A stretch of 64,000 nucleotides of DNA, taken from NCBI RefSeq assembly GCF_033153115.1, contig NW_026889803.1, positions 63,116,001 to 63,180,000 on the forward strand, read 5' to 3'. Below, in pieces: positions 50,166 to 63,573 of the stretch. The notes below the pieces were generated by a model. It was not told the origin of the DNA. It worked only from the letters and a program-made list of their open reading frames with translations, and did no database searches. Both the position numbers and the translations under genes were made by a program. This stretch comes from Saccostrea echinata. Lineage: Eukaryota. The first letter of the stretch is position 1; every line of letters starts with the position of its first letter.

Positions 50166-50685
50166 CTTTGTTGTCTTTGTGATGCTTGAAGAGATGTAAC
50201 CTTAAAAAATGCAGAACAGTCTCTAACTGCGTGGGCTTATAACAGTTCCACTGTAGAACAAACGGTGGTGAAGTCACAATAACGATTATGACGTCATGCC
50301 AACCAAGCAACAAGATGCATGTCTTTGCAACCCCCCCCCCCCCCCCCCAAGCTCCAGACAGTTTAGTATTACGTTACGCTAGAATTCCATATGATATTAT
50401 TCGTAGGGAAAGTCCCGGAGAATTAACTCTGCATGGAGTATAATGGAGTATGCCCCCCCCCCCCCCCCCCATAAAAAAACCCCTCTGTGCACCTATATTT
50501 TATTAAAGAAATTTTGTATCATTTTGAACAGCTATTATGTCACCCCTCTTCCAGTGTCACTAATATGAATTCAAAAAAACATTCACCGGATGTTTTTCGT
50601 TAGTCCCCCTTTTTTTCCTTACATCTTACATAGTTTAATTTATATTCAATCACTGTATGATCGATATATGATCTATAATTATATC

Positions 50686-50970
50686 ATGTGCATATCCAGG
50701 AATTTTTTTCCAGGGAAGTGGGGTCGGGGCACACCACTTTAAAAAAAAACAGACTCAGAATTTTATTTAACAAGCTCAAAGAATTTAATAACTTGTCCAA
50801 ACCCAAACTCATTTTTTTAGGGGTGGGTGGGGAATTGGTGGGGGAGGGCTTAAGACAATTTTGCCATTTTAAAAAGGGGTCTGTGTTTCCTATGGGGGTC
50901 CAAGTCATTATTTGGTTACCCTACTATATAAATTTAGAACTCTAAAAATCCCAATCTAGATCCGCGCATA
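50686..50970. mobile_element. MITE-like element
   Basis: CATGTGCATATCCAG ... CTAGATCCGCGCATA imperfect inverted ends with G tracts inside. Confidence 0.5.
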
Positions 50971-51070
50971 CAAATCCGAGAAGTCTTGTATGGCACATAT
51001 TGGTTTTCGGTCAGCATCGCTGTTTGTGGAGAGCGATGCGGACTGAAAACCCTTGGATTGCAAAGATGTG

Positions 51071-51101
<31 letters not shown>

Positions 51102-51277
51102 TTTTTTTTTTGTAAATACATGTAGCGCAAAGTAACAAGTCTTGTTAAAAACATAGTAATAGCTATTGACATCGGGCTCGGGAATCATCCTTCACTGCCA
51201 ACAGAGGGCGACCTAAAAATTATCATTTCCGTAATTGATCACACGACAACAGTGGTATTCAATACAATTTTGCAAAA

Positions 51278-54200
51278 ATGATGATGGGTTATATGCAAGA
51301 GATGACGTTTAATATAGACCACGGGTATCTGGAAGGTCTGTTAAGAGGATTTAAGAGCGGGATCCTCAAGCAGAGCGATTATTTAAACTTGGTTCAGTGT
51401 GAAACCCTGGAAGGTACAGTGATGTCGTAACTGTCACAAGACCTCTTTCGAGTTCTCTGCTTTTCGTTCTGTAATATTTATCTTCTATTTAGTCGGAATA
51501 AATATCTTCTATCTTATGGATAAAGAATGAGAACCTGTTATAGTAAATATGTAGCAGTAAGCTGATCATATTGATAATTTGTATGTGAAAAGGGGGGGGA
51601 TTCTTACATCCATGTAACTGTTAACAGGGACGTGTATACTAAATAGACCCTTATTGTTAATTAGTACTGTATGGTTTTCTGATAGACCCACGCCATTCCT
51701 TATGATTTTATGGTGGTGGTGGGAGAATACAAGGGTGATAGTTCAAAGTCGGGGAAGTGGAACCTGATTCTAAACTTCCTCCCTTGCCCTTGTATTTTTT
51801 CCAAAGCCTTCTTCTCCTGCACTTTATCCCCCTCTAGCTCTTCTCCTTGTTTCCATTGCCCCAAGAACAGGTGGAGTTGCTCAGTTGTTAACAATTTGTT
51901 GGTTGTCAATGTCAGTTTTTTTACAGAAAAAAAAGTTGTTTAAATTGAGTATTTTGAATACACGAAGCTGTTTATAGTGTAAATTTTCTGTGGCATGCAA
52001 GAGTATTGCAGTTTGAATTCACAGCCAGCTTGTAGAAAGTGCCTTTTTTGATTTGAAATAGATAAGCAACAACAGGTTGTTTTAGTTAAAGACAGTTTAT
52101 GTTTGGACAGGTACATTTTAAAGCCACACAGTGGGATTGAGATTACCGGCATTCTGAATGTATTTGCAATTTATTTTCCTTTCACTCTGATGACATATCA
52201 ACATGCTCAATACATATTTTCAATGTTATTTCTCGTTTGATATTTTTCAGACTTGAAGTTACATCTACAGAGCACAGACTATGGAAATTTTCTTGCAAAT
52301 GAACCAAGTCCACTCACTGTGTCTGTGATTGACGACAAATTAAAAGAGAAGTTAGTTGTGGAATTTCAGCACTTACGCAATCAATGTGTGGAACCAATGT
52401 CCACATTCCTAGACTATATCACGTAAGTAACTGAACTGTAAAAGCTATTCATAATTAGTCAGTTATATGAAAATACTGATTTTACTTGATATTTTCTGGA
52501 TGTAAATCAGGTACAGCTACATGATTGACAACATCATCCTCTTGATCACGGGAATTCTACATCAGCGTCCTATCAATGAACTCATTCCAAAATGTCACCC
52601 ACTGGGAAGCTTTGAACAAATGGAGGCCATTCATATTGCTTCGACTCCTGCAGAGTTATACAATGCCGTGCTTGTGGACACGCCTATTGGTAATGTCACT
52701 CTGAACATTTATATTTATATTCCTGTCACAATGATATTAACATTTCATAGGATATTAGGTAATAGAAATTTGCTACAAACAGTATCAATATTTCATAACT
52801 GAACTGCCTTAGAATAATGTGTATCATATTTCAGATGTCATAAACATGATGAGAAATTAGTATCCTGTATAATTTAAATACCCTGTATTTTGTATTTACC
52901 AGCTCCCTATTTCCTTGACTGTATATCTGAACAAGATCTTGATGAGATGAACATTGAAATCATCAGAAACACTTTGTACAAGGTATTTCATATTGTTGTA
53001 CATTTTATATGAAACGACAGTCTTAGAATGGGACATAAATCAAATGTGCTTTATTGTAATCTGTATGTCGTATTGTTGATTATTGCAGGCTTACTTGGAA
53101 GACTTTTACAGTTTCTGTCGGGAGTTGGGTGGATCAACTGCTGATGCCATGTGTGAAGCATTGGCTGTAAGTACATTGACTAAGTTAATATGTACTGTAG
53201 TGATGACATTGGGTATAAGTACATTGACTAAGTTAATATGTACTGTAGTGATGACATTGGGTATAAGTACATTGACTAAGTTAATATGTACTGTAGTGAT
53301 GACATAACTTATGCTATTTCTTAGACGGAATACATGTATTAAGAACATTTTTTTCCAGTAATCAGTGAAGGAATATATAGAAATAAACAAGAAAGAAAGG
53401 AGAAAGTAATTTAAAGTGTAGTCTATTTGAATTTAGAGCTTACTATTGGAAGTCCAATATCATGTGACAATATGGTGATAAATTTATAAATAACAGAGTA
53501 TGGTGACATTATGGTGATATAAACAACAGAGTATGGGTGAAATTATGACTATATGAACAACAGAGTATCAGTCATAATTGTACATTTCAGTTTGAGGCAG
53601 ACAGAAGAGCTTTCATCATCACAATCAACTCATTTGGGACTGAGCTGACAAAAGAGGACCGAGCCAAGCTGTATCCCCGCTGTGGAGACCTGTACCCTTA
53701 CGGTCTCCAGCTCCTGGCTAAGGCTGATGATTATGACTCAGTGAGACAGGTGGCTGACATTTACGGGGTAAGCTTTATATTTATATAGATAGTTGTTTAT
53801 AAAGTCATGTTCATGCTTTGTAAGATATTTAAATCCATTTTCATAAATTTAGTAGTTTTTTATGTGTAAAAGCATGTGTAGTGGAAAGTATAAAATGCAT
53901 AGTATTAAAATTAATATTGCAACAAAATACGCAATATGACAATAGAAATTGATATTTTAGAAATGATGTTTGACACATTATTTTAAATTCGCTCTTATCT
54001 GAATCAACAGAATGTTAATTGCAAGAAAAAATGGCCAAATTTTAGTCTGGATTATTAATATATTATAATATGATTATTTTTTGAAGAACTACAAGGACTT
54101 GTTTGAGGGAAGTGGTACTGGACCAGGGGAGAAAACTCTGGAGGACAAATTCTTTGAACAAGAGGTAATAAGTTTTCAGTGTAGAGTATTACTTACTTTA

Positions 54201-54506
54201 ATATTTTTAATGAAAAAAAAATGAATGTAGAAATTGATTCATTTATGTTGAACTTTTGTAGTGCTTGAGTTACCATGTACAATTTTGTATTTTCATGTGC
54301 ATATGATGGTTTTATGACCTACTTATTAAATATGTGTATTTCAGGTGAAATTCATGAAGAACTCCTTCATGCAGCAGTTTCAGTTTGGAGTGTTTTATGC
54401 CTACGTAAAACTAAAGGAGCAAGAGAATAGAAACATTATATGGATAGCGGAGTGTGTGGCTCAGAGACACAGGGCCAAGATTGACAGCTACATTCCAATA
54501 TTCTGA
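51278..54506 (+). CDS. ATP6V0D1: V-type proton ATPase subunit d, 353 aa, 8 exons
   Basis: Exons 51278-51413, 52251-52422, 52511-52689, 52903-52982, 53089-53166, 53591-53767, 54087-54164, 54345-54506; [11 protein letters not shown]...[26 protein letters not shown]...[25 protein letters not shown]. Confidence 0.98.
53159..53305 (+). repeat. 48-bp tandem repeat x3 spanning the exon 5 donor
   Basis: CATTGG(CTG/GTA)TAAGTACATTGACTAAGTTAATATGTACTGTAGTGATGA units. Confidence 0.95.
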
Positions 54507-56135
54507 TCAACCACAGTGTCAAACTTACTAACACTGATAACATGGCAGGATGCCAAAATGAGGGTTTAATTGTTTATTTATATAAGGCTGTGATTTTCAA
54601 ATGACAAAAAATGAGTTACATATTCTCACTGCAATATATATTGGGTGAGAACTTCTCATTGAATTCTTTCTGTAACATCTTTTATTTTTCAATCTAAGAC
54701 ATGTCTCATCTCAGATTTCAGAGTGTGCAGTCTACACCATATAGAATTATTAATTATATATAAGAGGGTACAAGTTGTTGAAATCCACTCCAATACATTG
54801 TATTTTTTGGTTGTAACTCTAAAAGTGTTGATTTACATTTATGCGTGTAAAACTTGTAGAATATCAACTATGATCCCATTGAATTACATCCAATGGCATG
54901 TAGTTTTAGAGTATATAGCAAGTAGCTATAATATCAAGACCATTTCACTTCATGTATATTCTAGTCAGAAGTTTGATTTTAATGATATTTAGAACTGTTA
55001 GAACCGTGAACAATATGCCCACAAATGTTAATGTGTAATTGTTTTCAAGTCTTTGCAATACCTAGACAGCATCAAAAACATAACATTCCTTGTAGAAGCC
55101 ATGTCTGGAACATTTGGCTTTTTGTTTTACTGGCAAATGTAACCAAGAAATGTGTATTAAAATTATTACCATATTTGTTTGGCTTTAATGTGAATTGTGT
55201 ACATGTAGAAGTGGTATGTCTTGAATCTGAGAAGGTTGGATTAGGTTCACTTTCATGAGTTACAGGTACCAGTATCTGTTTTACCTAAAATCACAAACTA
55301 TATAAGAGTATTGGGTTTTCTAGAAGAAACATTTATTCTTGCAAATGTGTTAGGATTTCCAGATTACATTGCAAAACAGGTGTGTTCCACACACACAAAC
55401 AAAAAAAAGACATAAATGTATAAAACAAAATCAGCTTTATCTAATAAGCATAAATGATTTCTATACTAACATGAAGGTATAATACTGATAGGTGTTACAT
55501 AACAAGAAGTACACATGCACCAAATCACCTGTGCTCAACTTGTGAATATAAGTCATTTAGCAACATTAAATTACAATTGTGCTTGTATAATGATTCATGT
55601 GGAAAAAAAGAAAGGGTCAACCCAAACATAACAACTTTTTCAAATTTTAACATACATTTATCTATTTCTAATCAATTTCACAAAAACAAAATCAACAAAA
55701 GTATAACAAGCAGTTTAACATTACAAAAATGTTAATCTAACCAATAAAAACAATTTGTTTAAAAAATAAATAGGTTCAATGTAAAACAAAGGGGGGAAAG
55801 CTGTCTGTCCTCTTTATAAAAAATTACTGATTACATGCCAGATTGATCTTGAGTTATACATAAAAATGCATGTGCAGTGCAAACTTGTACATATCATTGA
55901 AAATTAAAATACATAATCCTTGCAAATTTTGGAATTCAGTAACACTGACAATGTTTAATGCTATCTTAATCCTTTATCACATCATCAATGAATGAAGGCA
56001 AAAGAAAACAATGGAGTGTTATATTTTAAAATTTGTGGTTTTGTACAATGCAATAATTTTAATAATGATTGATACATAAATTCAAAAAAGAAACATAGTT
56101 CTCCTGATAGGTAATTTGAAAAATAGTTAATTATT

Positions 56136-58193
56136 TTATGACTCCAGTTTTAAAAAGCCAGTGGGATTTGGGGCACCACTGTGATATCCCAGAGGAGGTG
56201 CTCCTTTGGGGTAATCCCCAGGTAGAGTCTGACCCAGGTCTGAGTTCCCGGGGTAGCCCCTGTCCTCATCATAACTCCTGTCAGGGGGATAGGCATAGGA
56301 TGGATGGCCAGTGTAGATTGAAGGAACAACACCAGGTTGTGCTTCTGGAGGAATTTCTATTTTACCATGCCCCTAAATACCAAAAATCACATAAGTTTTG
56401 TAATGGTACATTATTTTTGAGGTTTACAAACTTTATGCAGATGACAAAATTGTTATAATTTAATAATTTAAAACTGTAGGAAGAAAACTCAAATCTCACA
56501 TTAGATTTCATAAAAAGATCACTTTTCTGAAAACTTACAGGTATTAATTTTGCTTGCTCAGGCACAGGTCCATAAAGATGAGGCACCATAGGGCGGGCTT
56601 GTGTATACAGACCTCCTAATGCTGCATAACCCTGGTGTCCTCCTGCGGCCACATGGTCTCCAACAAATGAGTTGACCTACCAAGGAATGAAGTACCGGTA
56701 ATGTACATAGGAAAACAAAAAAATAAATGCTTCCCTATTTTATGAATGTAGGAAAAAGAGTTTTAGTCTGTACTCACTGTTTGCAATATTTGCATTGCCC
56801 TAAGTTTGTCATTTTCAAATGGGAAGGCACTCAAAATGTACTCCTCACCCAGTTTACTTTGGTAGTCAGAAAGTACTCTGAAGAAAACAGGATAAAACAA
56901 TCATTATTGGTGTACACTCTAGCTTACTTTACTGTAGAAGTCAAAGAGCAGCTAAATAAATTTGATAAAACAATCACATTAATATCTTCACCTCTTTCTC
57001 ACTTATTTTTTTAATTACAATAATTTAACAGGTTTGTTGGTTCTTACCTCTTAATGCAGTCTAAGGCAATCAGTTTATCATTGTGAATGCTGACAGCATT
57101 TATTATCTCCCTTCCATCTCGACATGTCATTTGACACAGTCGCTGGAAAAAGGTTTTTAAAAGTAAAGTAATTTGCCAAGTTAACAAATTTATTAAGTTT
57201 TACAGAAAAAAAAAAAACAGTTGAACTTGAGTATCTCAAACATTAATATCTCAAATACAATGGATGTCCCAACCACTTTTTCTTAAGGTATTTTAACTTG
57301 AATACAATGTATCTCAAATCCTTGAATATTTCAAAGTTGTTTTGGGGTTCAATTAAGTTCATAATAACAAGGTTTGACAAAATTATTTTTTTTTTATTAC
57401 ATTGAAAATCAGTGATAGATAAAATCTCCCTAAACATTTTACTTACTGGCTCCAGAATTCGAAGTACTCTGATTTTGTCAGCAGGATTGGCAAAGGAACT
57501 AAGGAGTCTAGAAGCCTAAAAAATATGAATAGTTTTATCGTTTGATCTTCACAATCATTATTTGCTTTTAAACATAATACGTAACATAGCCTCATATGTA
57601 AAGTGGGAAAATGACCACGCACCCCACCACCTCTCCAATCAACCACCCCTCTTTTCACCCTCATTGAAAAAAAAGCTTGAATATCCATATACATGTGCAG
57701 TACTCTATGATGACAAGACAAAATATACAAATTATTTATATTACCTGATCTGCGTTATAAAATCCTCGACAGCTGTAAAGAATCTCCACCTTTTTCTCAG
57801 AAGATGTTGTTTCCTGTCAAGTTTTAAAAAAAGTTTATACATGTATGTATAGAATGTATGTGTAGAATCTAATTCCTGTGTGAGGAACAGAAAGACTATT
57901 TCAGGATGAAACTGTGTAAGTTACTGGAGAGAAATGCAATCATTTCAGGCTAATGTACATCGATCATTCCTTTAATTTCTATTCAGTAAAAGATTTTAAA
58001 AGGATATAATTTAACAAAGATATTCTATTTGAATGTCATTGGTGTAATAAATATTTCACTTATTTTCTCAACGTTTGCATATTTTAACAGCTGATTGTTT
58101 ACCATAGAAACGCATAAATTCTCGCGACCTTACCTGGTGGATTTTATCAACAAGAGCCTGGAAGGTAGATGGGTCCATTGCTCCTTTTGACAT
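56136..58193 (-). CDS. DUF4476-domain protein (PROSER1 N-terminus-like), 255 aa, 7 exons
   Basis: Exons 58193-58134, 57813-57745, 57515-57447, 57142-57048, 56877-56778, 56676-56539, 56372-56136; MDPSTFQALVDKI...FYNADQASRLLSSF...DKLIALDCI...DKLRAMQIL helical repeats, then a Pro/Gly/Tyr-rich tail. Confidence 0.8.
57219..57378. mobile_element. Decayed Tc1/pogo-type MITE, related to 59891-60095
   Basis: Shares CAGTTGAA.T...GTATCTCAAAC, TCCCAACCAC and ATAAC.AGGTTTGAC. Confidence 0.6.
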
Positions 58194-58577
58194 TGTTCTT
58201 AAAAAATATTAGAGACACGCTGAAGGGTATATTTTGAAGTCTGCTAGTCTACAACCCTGCTTCCTGGCAACCCAGACCGGATGTCAACATTCTCTGGTTC
58301 TGCCCTCTCCTGTGTGTGGAGGTGAGAAAACTCATCGAGGATAAACATTGCGAAATAAAAAGTAGAGGAGTTTCTTCATTATCAAGGTAGAAATACTGAC
58401 TTGTATTTTAAAGGACTTTTTAGTTTAGATTTTCCGTTTTTCGGGAAAGAAAATCTGTGTTGAATATGTATATTAATGAATTAGAACTTTACCTGTTAAA
58501 ATGTATGTGGTTCATACGAGGGTCATTCAAAAATGAAAAAAGAGTAGGCCTATAGATTTTTTGTCAGTTGTTTTTAA

Positions 58578-59229
58578 TAGTGTTGTCATACCGGACGATT
58601 TTTAGTAACCGGTTATTACTAAGCACTTAGTTTTCCGATCGAGTAACCGATTACTTGTATGTAATGTCCTTACAATTTCTATATTTATCTTTGTATATCG
58701 GTATATACAAAACACAAATGCACTACATATGAATTTTATTTATAATTACAAACACAATATCTTCTAAATAAATTTGTTCTCGAACACCCCGTAATAGTTG
58801 GCTGTTTTACGTTTTATATATTACTGGTTTCACAGTTATATGTAAACTTCAGTCTGAGGTGGTTAAGAATATTAGTTGTCCCACCCGTGTATGTTAATCT
58901 TACACTGCGGACTAGCACAGGTTTATGTAAGGTAATTATAATTAAACCAAACCTTCAAAACTTGTATACCCTTGGCAATCAAAGCCATCAATTAGATAAA
59001 CTTTAAATACTAATCAAAACAAATCGATTGCATTTGTAAAACTTGTTAGGTCGAGACTAACTTTAAATAACGGTAAATAAAATGGGGACATTATTAACAA
59101 AATACATTATTCCTACTGATTTACTTTATAAAATTCAATTCATCCAAGTAACTGAGTAGCAGTTTTACTAACCGATACTCGCATCATTCGATGATTAACC
59201 AGTTAACCGGGTACTTGTTGACAACACAA
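58578..59229. mobile_element. hAT-type MITE
   Basis: TAGTGTTGTCA ... TGACAACACAA TIRs; exact 8-bp TSD GTTTTTAA. Confidence 0.85.
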
Positions 59230-59708
59230 GTTTTTAATGAACGTCATATGAAGACTAAATTTGGAAGGCATATTTTAGCATTGAATCGGAATAATTTCAT
59301 CTAAAATGTTAAAATATATCATGGTATATTTCAAAACATTGGTACTAGGTTTTAAGGTGATATGTTTGTAACCAGGGTTACTAACACTAATTCTACTTTT
59401 ATCCTATATTATTTGATTTTTGAATTTAACCAGGGCACTGAAGTTACTATGGCTACAATATCATAATCATTTACATTTTTATTTTAAAAATTTTCATTTT
59501 ATCATGATTGAGCATGACCCTTGTCAAAGAGTGTTGGTAAAATGGGTAGGCAAACCTGGGCCGGGAAAAATTGAAAACTCTGTTTTTTTAATTGTTTTTA
59601 AAGGACAATAGCTGACCATTTCTATTTTAAGGGGTTTGATATGGGTATCTTTATTGATCCATAATGCACCATGTTTATATTATTTTTTTTACAGATGCTG
59701 AGCTAACT

Positions 59709-62700
59709 ATGAAGCTATCTTGCCCTTTACATTTTACAGTTTACATATCATTTTTTATGTGCAGAGGTAAGTCATAGGCAACAATCTGAAAACTCTATTT
59801 TCAAGAAGGAAAATATATAATTAAACCGCCATATTTACATAAATAAATATATATTTGCAATTTGAAAGAAATCATACATGTATAATTATACAGTTGAATT
59901 TCGGTATCTCAAACACCGATATCTCAAATACCATGGATATGTCGAAGTGATTTAGAAGTCCCAACCACTTGGGACTTCTAAATCACTACATATTTATACT
60001 TCTAAAATTCAGTATTTTACACTACATATCTCGAATCCTCGGATATCTCAAAGTTTTTCTTGACCCCATCAAGTTGAGATAACGAGGTTTGACTGTATTG
60101 TGATCAGTTTTGAATATTATCTGCACTTACCAAAGGATCTAGTAGATAAAGGCATGCCCTGTAAATCATTAACAGATACAACTGAGAGCTCAGAAAAAAG
60201 GCTCCATTACTGTACAGTTTTTTTAGATGGAAATTTGTTTTATCCAGTTTGCTAGTAACTATCAAGAAAAAGAGAGAAAATAGAATCTTGGAGATATTTA
60301 GCTATCAGCAACATTTCTTTGTATTTGATTTCATTGTAAAGAGACAACACTGTAGGCATCTGTAATTTTTTTTTTAAGTTTGGTAATCTTTGTCTACATT
60401 TTTCACCAACAGCATTAGCAGCAACCTATTACTGTAAAGATAAAGAGACAGTGAACATTGATGGAGTGACTTCAGGGACGATTCGCACACTGGCATCAGG
60501 TGCCAGTAGCTATAGCAACAATGTGGATTGCTCCTGGAAAATTAATGCAGGGGCAGGAAACAAACTACATTTTAAAATTTTATCCTCAGTTTTAGAGTAT
60601 ACACCTCCGTACACTTCTTGTTATACCAGGGATAGTCTCTTTATACTAGATGGTAAGTGTTCATTTAGAAATATTATCTTCATCCTCTGCAGGGAGTGTT
60701 TATTGAGATATAAACTCTTTATCCTAGACAGGGAGTGTTAATTGAGGTATAAACTCTTTATCCTAGACAGGGAGTGTTAATTGAGGTATAAACTCTTTAT
60801 CCTAGACAGGGAGTGTTTATTGAAGTATAAACTCTTTATCCTCTACATGGAGTGTTTATTGAGGTATAAACTGTTTATCCTCTACAGGGAGTGTTTATTG
60901 AGGTATAAACTCCTTATCCTCTACAGGGAGTGTTTATTGAAGTATAAACTCTATATCCTCTATAGGGAGTGTTTATTGAGGTATAAACTCTATATCCTAG
61001 ACAGGGAGTGTTTACTGAGGTATAAACTCTATATCCTCTACAAGGAGTGTTTATTGAGGTATAAACTTTTTATCCTAGACAGGGAGTGTTTATTGAGGTA
61101 TAAATTCTTTATCCTAGACAGGGAGTGTTTATTGAAGTGTAAACTCTTTATTCTCTACATGGAGTGTTTATTGAGGTATAAACTCTTTGTCCTCTACAGG
61201 GAGTGTTTATTGAGGTATAAACTCTTTATCCTCTACAGGGAGTGTTTATTGAGGTATAAACTCTATATCCTAGACAGGGAATATTTACTGAGGTATAAAC
61301 TGTATATCCTAGACAGGGACTGTTCAGGTAGAGGTAACACCTTTATCCTAGACACTGTGAGTGTGGACTGTAGTCTTAGACAGTGAGTGTTCATTGAGAT
61401 TTAAACTCTTTATCTTAGATAGTGAGTGTATAGATAGTGAATTTAGAGATACATGTAATTGTCTTCTTTATCCTCAACAGCAAGTGTTCATTGAGGAATA
61501 TCCTCTTTATTAGACAGGGAGGGCCATTAAGGGATACTATTTTATCCTACACAGTGAGTATTCATTGAGGAATATCCTCTTTATTAGACAGGGAGTGTCC
61601 ATTAAGGGATACTATTTTATCCTACACAGTGAGTATTCATTGAGGAATATCCTCTTTATTAGACGGGGAGTTCCATTAATGGATGCTATTTATCCTACAC
61701 AGTGAGTATTCATTGAGGAATATCCTCTTTATTAGACAGGGAGTGTCCATTAAGGGATACTATTTTATCCTACACAGTGAGTATTCATTGAGGAATATCC
61801 TCTTTATTAGACGGGGAGTTCCATTAATGGATGCTATTTATCCTACACAGTGAGTATTCATTGAGGAATATCCTCTTTATTAGACGGGGAGTTCCATTAA
61901 TGGATGCTATTTATCCTACACAGTGAGTATTCATTGAGGAATATCCTCTTTATTAGACAGGGAGTGTCCATCAATGGATACTATTTTATCCTACACCTAC
62001 AGTGAGCATTCATTGAAGGATAACAGCTTTATCCTATACAATGAGTGTTTATTAAGGGATATCCTCTATATTAGGAGGGAGTGTTCATATAGGGATTATG
62101 TTTTTTTTATTCATACACTTTGAGAGTTTAAAGGATTTCATCTCTATCCCAGGTAGTAGGTGTTCATTGGGGGATGATCTTTATTTAAAATAGGGGTGTT
62201 TCTTGGAGGGTAGTCTTAGTGTTTTAGATACTGTAGATCACCAAATTTTTGTGAGAACTTATTTTAATAATATAGGTATTGGGTATTTATAAGCGAGACA
62301 ACACTTCCACAAATTCTGGTTATTGGTGTATATAATCTATATTAACAAAAATATACGCGAGAATGAAATTTTGGCAAGCAGACTGTCTCAAATAATAACG
62401 CAAAAATAAAGTTCCTGTGAATAAAAAGTGATTTACAGTGGTGAGTGTTCATTTTCCTAGAAGGTGAGTGCTCATTTAGGGATAATGTCTCTGTATTAGA
62501 ACCGAGAGTTCATTCAGGGATAGACACTTTTTGTCTTAGAGAGTGGGTCAGTTTTTGAAGATCATGGTGGGTGTTCGTGGATAGATAGCCTCTTAAAGTT
62601 AGCTGATGAGTAGTTATTAGTTTTATTATTTCTATACTTGTGATGGCTTCAAATACTGTAAAATGTTGTAAATATAAATGTTTTTACATTCAGTATTTTG

Positions 62701-63295
62701 AAGAGAGCTTAGTTTTTGGGAATTGTAAGAAACTATTGGACAATAGTTAAACTGTCTAGTTTTTCACTCAATTATCATGATTTTTTAAAAAAAATTTCCA
62801 ATGAATATTAAGAATAAAACTGTTTTGAACTCATTAAAAAATCTAAGACAATTTTGATTGTAGGAGAGACACCTAGCTCTGATATCCTGGTGTCCATATG
62901 TGGGTACTTTAATCCATTTGAGGTCACCAGCAAGGGCCAGCATGTGTATCTGAGATTTTCCACAAATGACAAAAACTTCTATAAATATTCAGGCATAATA
63001 CTTCAATTTGAAGCATTTGGTAAGAAATAGTAAATTTAATTGCTTTATAATAAAGAACTTATAAAATACACTTTAGCAATGCTGAATAAATTGAAGAGTT
63101 AGAGAGTTATTATTGTTTTCCCAGGAAATACCTCATGTCCACCAGATTGGAAGGAATTAACTCCCTTAGAATGCTACAAAGTCATGACCCAGCCTGCCGA
63201 TGGCCTGACATGGGCTAATGCACAGGAGTACTGTGGGTACAGTCTATCTAATCTGATTATATTGCCAACTGAAGACATTTTCACAGCATTTCAAG
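59709..63295 (+). CDS. Secreted or membrane CUB + C-type lectin domain protein (3' part beyond the window)
   Basis: Exons 59709-59766 (signal-like), 60413-60652 (YSNNVDCSWKI...DSLFILDG), 62864-63019 (ICG...VYLRFSTND..G..LQF), 63125-63295 (CPPDW...CYKV...TWANAQEYC); all phase-1 introns. Confidence 0.88.
59891..60095. mobile_element. Tc1/mariner (pogo-like) MITE
   Basis: TA|CAGT...ACTG|TA with imperfect ~24-bp TIRs. Confidence 0.75.
60627..62540 (+). repeat. 39-bp intronic minisatellite with a 73/75-bp higher-order block
   Basis: GAGGTATAAACTCTTTATCCTAGACAGGGAGTGTTTATT units to ~61320; dimeric units starting at 61551, 61626, 61699, 61774, 61847 and 61920; decayed copies beyond. Confidence 0.95.
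62231..62438. mobile_element. Decayed MITE inserted in the minisatellite
   Basis: CTGTAGATCAC ... GTGATTTACAG inverted ends. Confidence 0.6.
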
Positions 63296-63383
63296 GTATG
63301 AACAAATTTTTCTTGGCTACCTGTACCGAATGCACAAATGAGCTTTTCTGATTATAATTTGTCCATCAGCTGTCTCTTGTAAG

Positions 63384-63384
<1 letters not shown>

Positions 63385-63431
<47 letters not shown>

Positions 63432-63480
63432 ATTTTGTCCGGCGTCCGTCTGTCTGTCCGTCTGTCTGTAAACTTTTCAC

Positions 63481-63535
<55 letters not shown>

Positions 63536-63538
63536 AGT

Positions 63539-63573
<35 letters not shown>

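Noticed and set aside
51236-51248. CLEAR/TFEB-like site in the ATP6V0D1 promoter
   Set aside because: GATCACACGAC lacks the CACGTG core.
60781-61386. 201-aa RECLLRYKLFILD repeat ORF
   Set aside because: Translation of the 39-bp intronic minisatellite; non-ATG start and separated from the exon by in-frame stops.
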